From Welwitschia mirabilis (lineage: Eukaryota), in the NCBI GenBank assembly GCA_051453625.1, contig JBOZIK010000001.1:47220636-47281525 (forward strand): DNA of 60,890 bases, given 5' to 3'. Under the pieces are notes generated by a model. That model saw only the letters and a program-made list of their open reading frames with translations. It was not told the origin of the DNA and did not search any database. A program made the translations under genes and the position numbers. Below are positions 50,701 through 60,890 of the stretch, piece after piece. Position 1 is the first letter of the stretch. Each line of letters starts with the position of its first letter.

Positions 50701-53700
50701 CATATTTATACAGAGATATAAAAATTCCATTTTTTAATTACTTAATTTATAATCCAAAAAACATTTTAACCTCACCAAGCATACTCATCTCAAAGTATGT
50801 TATCATGATATTAGCAAATTATTTTGATAAAACTTCATTTGAGGTACCAAAAATTATATCATCCACATAAATTTAAATAATAATAAAATCATTTTTCAAG
50901 CTTTTGACAAATAAAGTTTTATCTACCATTCCATGAATATAATCATTTTCATTTAGAAATGTGGCTAATTTTTCATATCAAGCTCTTAGAGTTTGCTTCA
51001 AACCATATAAAGCCTTTTTAAGTCTATACAAATAATCAAATTTGTAAGGATCTATAAACCCTTGTGGTTGTTCTACATACACTTCTTAATTGAGGGTTCC
51101 ATTTAAAAAGGCACTTTTTATATCCATTTAATAAACTTTGATATTCTTTAATGCTGCATAAGATAAAAACATTCTAATGCTATCTAGCCTTGCTATAGGA
51201 TCAAAAGTGTTACCTACATCAATACCTTCGATTTGGCTGTAGCTTTGTGCCACTAATCTTACTTCGTTTTTGATATCATTATTTTACTCATAACATTTGT
51301 TTTTGAAAATTCACTTTGTCCCAATAACATTTTTGTCCTTTGGCATTTTAACAAGGTTTCATACATCATTTCTTTTAAATTGTTATAGCTCATCTTGTAT
51401 GGCCATCATCTACTTTTCATGGGATTCTGCTTATTCAAACTTCTTAGGTTTAATTTGCGAAATATGATAAATGTGAGTATAAAAATTCTTTAATGAGTTT
51501 CTTGTTCTAATCTTTAAGATAACATATCAATGATAGATTCTAAAGGGTGATTTTTAGCTTCTTAAACTTTTTAGTAATGACTTCTTTTATCGGTAGCACT
51601 TCTTCTTCTTTTTTGGTTAAATTTTCTTTTATTGTGAGATTATTTAAAGATAAATTTTCTTCATCATTGGAAGGAAGAGGTCTTATGATAACATCATTTA
51701 TTTTTACATTTATTAACTATCCCATAATTAAGCTTATCTTATTAAAAATAAAGTAAGCTCTAGTTCTAGTAGAGTACCCTAGAAATATTGCTTCATCATC
51801 CTTTGATTCAAATTTACTTAGGTGTTTTTTATTCTTTAACAAAAGCACTTACTTCCAAAGACTTTAAAGTATGAAACATTTGGTTGTCTTCCATTTCAAA
51901 TATCATAAGGATTTTTATTCATTCTCGGTCTAAGGTAAACTCTTTTTATGATATAACAAGTAGTGCTTATAACTTTAGCTCAAAAAGTTTTTGGAACCAC
52001 CTTGTTATTCAACATCATTCTTGCTATTTCTTGAAGGACTCTATTTTTCTTCTCAGCAATTCCATTTTATTGAGGTATTTTAGGGGCTAAGAATTGGTGT
52101 TCAATACCATTGTTAATACATTATTTTTTAAAAAAATAGTTTTCAAATTCTTCACCATGATTGCTTCTAATTTTCTTAATGGTATAACCTTTCTCATTTT
52201 AAATCTTGTTGCATATTTTAACCCAATGTTTATATGTTTTAGATTTATTTTCAAGAATGGAAACCTAAGTATATCTTGAGAAGTAATCAATCATAGTCAA
52301 AAAGTAGCGTTTCCCTTTTAGACTTTGGGTTTGGGCTGGTCCTACCAAATCCATATGAATAAGCTCTAAAGGCATTATTATGGAAACTTGATTTTTACTT
52401 TTGTATGATGTTCTCACTTGTTTTTCTTTCTGACATGCATCATAAAGATCATGTTTTTTAATATTAATTTTTAAAATTCCTTTGAAAATTTCTTTTCTAA
52501 AAATTATTTGTAAATGATCATCGTTTACATGACCTAAACGTTTATCCAAAGCCCTTCTTGATTTACATGAGAAAAATAACAAGCAGAAAACATTTGATCA
52601 ACACTATTGATATTATCTATTCTATTTGCTTTAAAAATAATATCATTTATTTTGTCATGTATAACTTCACATTCCATACAATAAAAAATAACCTTATGAC
52701 CTTTACAAATTTAACTAATACTAAGCAAATTATGCTTTAAACCATTAACATATAAAACTTCATTTATTTTAGGTAAGTTACGTCCACCAATGCTTTTGAT
52801 TCCTTCAATCTTGGCTCTTCCATTGTCATTGAAAGTAACTTTTCCTCCATCAAAGTCATCTAGCTATTTAAATATAGACTTTTCTCCTATCATGTATTGA
52901 GAACAACCACTGTCCAAGTACTAGCTAGTTCCATTTGATAACTTAAAAGCTGTTTGAATCAAAAGACTTTTTAAATTATCAGCTCTTACTGATTTCATCC
53001 TTTTTGACTGATGTGATACAACTTCTCTTGAAATAAATTTAAAAGGAATGGTACTAACAGAATTTAAAAATAACATTAATTTTTTAGAATTACAAAATAA
53101 CTTGGAATGACTAGACTTACTGCAAAAAATAACATGTAACTTTAGAAATAAAACTATTTTGTCATAATACCTAATTTTGTTGATTTTGTGGCCTTTGGGG
53201 AATAAATCCAATACCTATCTTATCATTACCCAACTTTTGTATTCCAAGCATCTAGTCCAATTTATTTAAACCACTTGAAAATTTATTGATAAAAATGTGA
53301 CAAGCTCTTTACCTCTTGAAAAAGTTTGGAATTTTCAAATTTGACCATCCTGTACTTCATTTCCAATTCCTCTTTTTCTTCAGTGAGAGTTTTTATAATT
53401 TTATTCAAATCATTGATATGCTTTCTTAATTTTTCATAGTTCATGTAAAGTTCTTGGTGGATATCTTCAAGTTTATTCTGGTCTTCTTTAATGAGATCCA
53501 AATCATCAGGTTTAGATGAACAAGGTAGGTTCTATATTGGAGGCATAATTACCATGAATGAGAGTCTTTGATCTATATCTAATTCTTGGCTAGATCTTCT
53601 ATCATTCTTTTCATCTAAAATGTCCCATGTAGCAATGAATAGAGATGTTTTTAACTTTTTTTGATCTCTCTTATTATTTGAACACTTATTGAAACGTGTT

Positions 53701-56071
53701 CATAGTCTTTACACACATAACATTAGATATCCTTCCCTTTATCTTGATATTTTTTAAACTTGGAGTGATATCTTTTTGCCCCTCTGCTTGGCTTACCTTC
53801 TTTCTTTCTTCCATGTAAAAATTTCTTCAATCTCCTTGCTAGTAGGACAACTTCATCATTAAGATCTTTGTCTGACTTTTTTGATCTATATTCTCCCTGC
53901 ACATATTTTAAAGCAATAAATTTTTCTATCTTTAAAAAATTTCAATTCATAAGTTAGTAAATTATCTTGTAATTCCTCAAGTGCTATTAGATTTATGTTC
54001 TTGCCTTCTTTGATTATAGTGACTTTTGGCTCAATTGTTTTTGGAAGAGATCTCAACACTTTTCAAACCCCCTTTACTTCATCCATTCTTTAACCTAGTC
54101 TTGCCATGGAATTTAAGATGTCTAATAGTCTGACAAATAATTCTTGTAGAGTCTCCTCCTCATCCATAAGAATGTCTTCAGACTTGGAGACGAGCATTTG
54201 AAGTTTGGTCTATTTAATAGTGTATGTTTCTTCATGTGTTATTTCAAGAATGTCCTAAGTTTCTTTTGTATATTTATAATTTACAATTTGTTTAAACTCA
54301 TTTATACAAATTGCACAAAAAATTACATTAAGAGCATAGGAGTCTATGGTATATTTGAATCTATCAGTAGGGGTCGATTGATCTCGAATTTTTCCTACCA
54401 CAATGGTATTTCCATGGACATCAGTTTTAGTTAGAGTGAACATAGTGTAACTATCGTAAATAACCTCTTTAATGTCTACATCTAGAAATCTAAGAAAAAT
54501 TCTCATACGGGCTTTCCAATACACATATTTAACCCATTAAACATGGATGGATGACTAGTGGAAAAACCATCTAAAGGGTTACTCATTTTTAGGGTTTAAA
54601 AGTCTAGACGTATTAGGATATAACATAGACTCTTACCAAGATCTGATATCAAATGTAGAATGAAGAACCCTAGAGGGGGTGATGAATAGGATTTACAAAT
54701 AATGAAATAAATTCATAAAAATATCTTTTCTTAAAATAGATAATAAACTACTTATATAAATAAAACTAAAACTATTCTAAAAAATAAAGAAAATACAGCA
54801 TAAAAATACCAATGAGAATGCACACAAGATTATAGTGGTTTAGGAAAACCCTACTCCACTCTTGATGATCAGCTTCTCCTCAAGTTTGATCTAAATCTTC
54901 GTTAATCTCTTTCTAGGTATTCCAGGTTCACTTATAACCTTTATAATTAGACTTTTATGAGTCTCAGTCTCAACCTTTAGTAAGGATACAAAGCGATGAT
55001 AATATTATGCCAAAATGCATAGGTTTCACCCAGTCTCTAGCTTAAGAATAGCGTTGCTACACTACTTGAGAAGATGATACAATCTACAAGCATACAATGC
55101 AACTAACTTGACCAAGTACATAATGATAACAATAGCTCTTGGTTTGTATTTGTTCAAGTAGAGAAAATACCAATGATTACAATAATGATTTCATAATTAT
55201 TTAAAAGTGATACAGTGATTTTAACTCATGGTAAATATCTAGGATAAGTATTTTAAGATTTTTACAAGGAAAAAGACCTTCTAATGGATAAAAAATGGGT
55301 TCATAATGGCTAGAAAAATCCCATTTTGATCATGATCAGTTGACCCCTTAAAATGTTTGGTCAACCCCATCTGATGCCATCATTGAAGTTGGTCATCCTT
55401 ATGTTCTTTTGATCAATCGCTATTTCTTATGGATCAATGTCTAATTGACCCCTCTGGGTCTAGTCGATCGTAGGTTTGGTTGCCTACATATTCATCTGAT
55501 TGCTTCCTTATTCAGAATAAATTACAACACTATTTTTTACTCTAGATGTGGTGAACCCCATAAATGTCTATTCAACTTCTTACTAATAAAGGATGAAAAC
55601 ATTTTACTCAAGGTCTGGTTGACCCTTTAGAAATCCAGTCAACTCCTTGATGATCAACTGTAAATGTTTGATGCTTAGGTCCAATCAATCCTTCAAGGAT
55701 CTAGTTGATCTCTTAATGATTTGCTATGAAATATTAGATGCTTAGGTCCAGTTAACCCCTTAGAAATCTAGTTGACCCCTTGATGATCGACTATAAAATA
55801 CTAGATGCTTAGATCTAGTCGACTCCTTAGGATTCTGATTGACCCCTCTGAATTTAGTTCATTTTAGAGTAAGTTGTAGGTTTAGTTAATCCCTTAAGAA
55901 TTCGATTGACCCCTCAAGAGGGTATGAAGATTGATAGGTTCAGGTTTAAAATGTAAGAAAATGTTTTAACTTCTAAGATACAAGGATTAATATTTTTTAC
56001 ACAAGATACAAAATGTTTTGCTAAATAGAAAACATTAGTTTGACATCAAATGAATAAATATTAACTTAATA
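47783..56071 (-). mobile_element. Full-length but decayed Sirevirus-type Ty1/copia element nested in the outer element; gag-pol from 54586 to ~49990
   Basis: LTRs 47783-49182 and 54654-56071 (AGAGGGGGTGA..ATAGG signature). Reverse PBS ATCTGATATCA at 54641-54651, reverse PPT at 49183. gag MSNPLDGFSTSHPSMFNG..YWKARMR, protease YLDSGCS (~52900), integrase LGH/LELIHMDLVGP (ORF 52265-52582), RT LYGLKQ and YVDDIIFG (~50860), RNaseH FTKSL (~50000). Confidence 0.93.
48445..49025. repeat. Tandem palindromic motif array (ggtctagtcgacccct-like) in the Sirevirus LTR; counterpart at ~55335-55915
   Basis: Repeated decayed agtcgac/gttgacccc units at ~20- and ~60-bp periodicity in both LTRs, as expected for Sirevirus LTR repeated motifs. 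Confidence 0.8.
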
Positions 56072-58347
56072 CCATCATCCTTTGTTGAGACCACCATCGT
56101 TATCTTCTTTAACACTTTGATTATCCCTTAGATGTATTTATGTATGAGGAGACAAGCTTCTTAAGGCCTCCATGAGTCATCAAAGTGATCATCCAGGAAG
56201 CTATACACACCTCCATCCACATCTTCCCCATCATATACCATTTAGACATCCAACATTTATGATAATGATGATGAAGGAGAAGGAACATGATACACCAATG
56301 AATCAATAGTTAGTTATTAGTTCCTTTTGTATGCTATCTAAAAAGAGGGAAAAGATAGACAAATTAGCTTGGACATCCTATATGAGCCTAGAGGATATGA
56401 TCATCAGTTAGATGGATTAAACTCCCTATAAGTAACATCATTATTGATGATTACTTTCTGATTGTTGACATGCATCCCACATTATTTATTATTATTTTTA
56501 CTCCTGTTAACATACATTTCGTTCTATGATATTATTTGTTGTTATTTCTACTATTGTTGGCACACTGCTAATATTTCTATTATTGGCATACACACACTTT
56601 CTATTATTACTTTTATTGTTGGCATATCACATAATTAGTTTTTGACCATTGTTGTTTTTCCTATATGTAATTATTTAATGCTTATGTGCCTTCCATGTTC
56701 ACTACTTTGCATGATTATATTTGTGGTTAATTTCAAAACTATAGAAATTTATATTATTTCTTATGTAATACTTTATGTATTTTATTGGAATAAAATATCT
56801 CAATGCAGTTGATAAAATATGAACACACTAATGAGATTTTCCAAGTTTTGGACATCATCAAAAAGGAGGAGATTATTAATAAAAATATAGTTTTGATGAT
56901 TTTACTTATCAAATGTATTGTGTAGGAAAGTTAATGAAGAATACTAAAGCACCAAAGGCATAATTTCAAATTAGACCTTAAAGTTCATAGTACATATAAA
57001 GTTCAGCTCAAATTTCATAAATGTCAAATCAAAACTGACTAATTTTTTTTTAAAAAATTGAAGACATTCATAGAGGGATGTCTATACATTTGAAGACATC
57101 TATGGAAAATACGTCTACTTCATCAAAGATGTCTATGTTGAACTATATTTCAATTACAAAGAAAAAGATGACTATCTTGCCAAAGATGTCCATACTGAAG
57201 TAAGAAGTTGACATATGTGAAAAATGTCTATTATGTTAAAGATTTTTATGCTACTTCGACTATTGGAAAATGTCCATATAGTTGAAGATGTCTATACTAA
57301 ACTAGAAGAGGTAACAAAGACAAAATACATTTTGATGAATTATTTATATCTCAAAGAAGTAATCAAGTTTTACATCTTAGATTCATGATCACTAAGGGTT
57401 AGAGGAAATAGAGTTCATGTTTCATCAAAATCTGGGTAGTTTGACCAAAGACATCTCTCATGCTAAAAATGTTTACCTAAAAGAATATGTTTATCATTTT
57501 AAAGTCATATGTATTGAAAGTTTACAGAAAATAAAATAACCATTGAAAATCTAATGCCCAACTATTTCTATCCGTTCTGTAGTGGTTAAAATTTCTCAAA
57601 TAGCTATCTCTATACGATAACAACTAGAAGCACATCAAAATATATAAAGGTGTAAAAAGGGAAGAAAGTAATAGGTCTTATATGCATGAATGCATGATTG
57701 ACTTATTCTATTCATGAACCTTTTAAGCTATCTTTTGCAAGGGACTATGAGTAACTACATCATTTAGTCTTTGACTCTTATAATGCTACATCACTTTAAT
57801 TATTAACACTCGTGGTTGATAAAAATAAGGAAGAACTCAAATGCTTCATCAAAGATGCATCTTTTAAGGCTTGTTGTTTTATGGTTATCATTATTTATTG
57901 GAATTTACATTATAGAACTATCCTATTTTTAAATACTCTTATTATAGTCCATTTTTTATTCTCTATCATAGAATTTCTTATTAGGTTTTCATATAAGGCA
58001 ACCCTTATATGGATGTGCTTCTATAAGTGCTTGAGAGAACATTTCTTTTATTGTTTTATTGAATGCCACTACAAGGAAGAAAGTTCTACTTTAAGAGAAG
58101 CATCTCAATTGTATATAAGATTAGTGATGCATCAAGACCATTATTTTTTAGGTTAAAAACATCTAAAGGTGTGAGAGGAAGTTACCCTTTATGTATGGAA
58201 ATATCTAGGTTGGGGAACCATGTTAAATCTAGTAATGTGTTTATTGTATATTATTTAGATTGTTTTTAATTAAATTTATTTTTGGTAGATTTCATTCATC
58301 CCTTCCCTCTAAGTTTACTAATCCTTAAAAATTATGAACTTTTAACA

Positions 58348-60210
58348 AGAGGATAATGGAACCTTCTTATACATCTTAGAGAGATTCAAGGATTTAATTC
58401 TTAAATGCCCATAAGATGGTTTTGACCAAGGAAGATTTATCAGTTTGCTTATGGAGGACTTTCATATAACTATAGAAAACTTATAGAGATGATGTATAGG
58501 GGAAGCTTTTAGGTCATGGGATTGATGAAGCTTGGCATTTCCTTGAGATCATATCTAAAATTTATAAGAATTGGAAGAAACCTACTAAGCCAATAAGATT
58601 ATAACAATATGTTAGATTTATCAGTATCTTCATAATTCATGAGAACACTAAGGTTAACCAAAAATTAGATGATCTTTCTAAGAAAATCAAAAATATTAGT
58701 ATCAATCCTAAGTTCATAACTCTAACTCTCTATTGCAACATTTGTTATGTAAATACTCATGAAACTTTAGATTGCTCATCCATTCTCATATTTTGAGGAG
58801 TAGCGAAAAAACAAGTTAATGCTATAAGATAACAATGACATAACTAAAGAACCAATAATACCTACTCCAATACCAAACCCTAGATAGAGAAACCACTCAA
58901 CTTTTCATGTAAATAAGACAACCTTACCCAAATCTTATCTAGTTTAACCAAAACTTTAGATCCTTTTCCAACTTGTAACTCTTTAGAAATCATACTTCAA
59001 AAGTTCATGGAAAACCAACATCACCTTAATGCATCTCAATAATAATTTAATGAACAAACCTATTCCACATTATAGAAGTTATAATAAGGAATGCATCAAC
59101 TAAGTCAAACCACTACATGATATCCTTACATCACTTTACCAATGTGAGAAGGGAAAGCTTTCTACTATACAAGAGCTTAACCGTAGTAGTTATAAGTTGA
59201 CGGAAGATGCACAAATAAAGGAAACCAAGGTCATAAACTTAATAATTGGGAAATAAATCAGTAAAGTATTAGAAGAGAAATGCTCCTAAGAAGAATAAGT
59301 ATAATAACATAAGGCTAAAAGTAAGAAAAAGGTAGAGGAGAAACATAAAGATAAGAAAGCTGCTCCAACTTGCAAGGAACCCATACCATTTCCTCAACAA
59401 CATAAAAGTAATCATTTTACTAAGAAATAACAAGAAGCATTAGAAATTTTCAACAAAGTGAAAATCAATATCCCTTTTTTAGAAATCATTAAACAAGTTT
59501 GTTCTTAGGGTAAATTCTTAAATATCTAGCACTATTAGAATAAGTATGAATGTGAAGAGTAAAGCCTTCATTACTTAAAAAAGTAGTTCTATCATTCAAA
59601 ATCAAATCCATCCACAATATAAAGATCTAGGATGCCCTACAATATCCATTACCATTGGTAACATAAATTTCCAACAAGCCTTATTAGATCTTGGACCTAT
59701 ATCAATCTTGTACCTTATAATATTGATAATGAACTTAGTTTAAATGATCCTAAAGATACCAAACTTAAATTATAATTAGCTAATAATTCCTTAAAGCATT
59801 TATGGAATTAATAGAGGATGTGATTATTCAAGTAAAAAATTATTACTTTCTAGTGGAATTTATAGTTTTGAAGATGGAAAAGGCTAGAAGTTATACCATT
59901 TCTATTATCTTGGGAATACCTTTTATTGCTACTTCTAATGATCTTATTAATTGGAGGAATGGTCTTATGAATATGTCATTTGAAAATATGATTGTTTGAA
60001 TTTGCTATTTTCAATACAATGAAGTAACTTGTGATTTGGAAGAAGTGGAGTTTATTGAAAGCCTTGATGATTTTGATCCTTCTTTGTATGAGTCAAACAT
60101 TCATTCTCTGTCTTCTTAGTTGGATTTTAATTCATATGATAATGATTCTTATTATGATATGGTTTTTACGGTGCATATTTATGCAATGTTTCACTCTTCA
60201 ATATCAATCC
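58348..60210 (+). mobile_element. Decayed Athila-type gypsy gag-protease fragment
   Basis: ERFKDLILKCP (~58379), PIPFPQ (~59381), VKINIPFLE (~59458), KDLGCPTISITIG (~59621), ALLDLG (~59678), ILGIPFIATSNDLINWRNGLMNMSF (ORF 59802-59999). Confidence 0.88.
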
Positions 60211-60890
60211 TGTTAATTATAAATAAGATGCAAAATACAACATGCTAGTATAGATGGAGTGATCCGAATGTCGTAATTCCNNNNNNNNNNNNNNNNNNNN
60301 NNNNNNNNNNNNNNNNNNNNNNNNNNNNNNNNNNNNNNNNNNNNNNNNNNNNNNNNNNNNNNNNNNNNNNNNNNNNNNNNNNNNNNNNNNNNNNNNNNNN
60401 NNNNNNNNNNNNNNNNNNNNNNNNNNNNNNNNNNNNNNNNNNNNNNNNNNNNNNNNNNNNNNNNNNNNNNNNNNNNNNNNNNNNNNNNNNNNNNNNNNNN
60501 NNNNNNNNNNNNNNNNNNNNNNNNNNNNNNNNNNNNNNNNNNNNNNNNNNNNNNNNNNNNNNNNNNNNNNNNNNNNNNNNNNNNNNNNNNNNNNNNNTCA
60601 ATAGAGGATACACCGCCCAACACTAAGGTAATGTCTCTCTAGATTACAAGATGGTTCTCCAGTCCCAACATCTTCTGTCACGAGAATGTCAGGTAATGTC
60701 GAAGATAATTAGGAATCAAGGGGAAGACCTTTATTTATAGACAGAAAGGAAAGGTAAACTGATAGAAAGGCAAAGTAGAAACTCTAGTTAACATGCAAAG
60801 AAAAGTCACAAATAAGAGGCGACAACTCAGGAATACATTCTGTAAAAGTGATAGAGACCAGTGTCATCTTTCTGGTCATTTGGAGGATGG
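60211..60890 (-). mobile_element. Probable LTR (Tat-like), spanning the assembly gap
   Basis: Starts TGTT at 60211, CpG-richer than its flank, reverse TATA (tatttatag) at ~60732. Confidence 0.4.
60281..60597. other. Assembly gap (N run)
   Basis: 317 consecutive N. Confidence 1.

Larger units (their letters stand above)
46555..58347 (+). mobile_element. Outer Sirevirus (SIRE/Maximus copia) 3' half: decayed env-like ORF, PPT and 3' LTR 56874-58347
   Basis: env-like motifs EPIIKKFYPN and ELKIDLGFIL. The Ser/Pro/His-rich tail continues on both sides of the nested element. Sirevirus-type CATCATCAAAAAGGAGGAGATT PPT at ~56853-56873. LTR ends ATTCATCCCTTCCCTCT...TTTAACA. Confidence 0.72.

Noticed and set aside
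60213-60623. 136-aa and 122-aa ORFs
   Set aside because: Artefacts of translating through the N gap.

Overview
AT-rich nuclear DNA from a large-genome land plant. The atpE fragment and heavy C>T/G>A erosion hint at a gymnosperm (gnetophyte- or conifer-like); this is inference. One host gene is visible: the last four coding exons (+ strand, 7280-13021) of a conserved but uncharacterised plant protein, with long introns filled by TEs. Its upstream intron holds a decayed Ty1/copia that contains an intact 319-bp TRIM and a solo LTR. The next intron holds an RTEX/L2-like LINE. From about 13.8 kb on, the window is nested, decayed retroelements: copia and L1 fragments, a ~95-bp tRNA-derived SINE, two pol-less Athila-like elements, a Sirevirus nested in the env-like ORF of another Sirevirus, and an Athila gag-protease fragment. 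It also contains a mosaic plastid insertion (trnV-GAC/rrn16 promoter plus atpE) and a ~1.45-kb fold-back. Almost all listed ORFs are spurious or TE debris. The best candidate for an undescribed system is the TRIM: its LTR-PBS junction and internal domain lay out like a tRNA gene (A-box/D-loop, 5-bp stem with 7-nt loop, GGTC, B-box), suggesting a Pol III-driven or tRNA/SINE-derived miniature LTR element. All identifications are by eye; boundaries of the most decayed elements are approximate.
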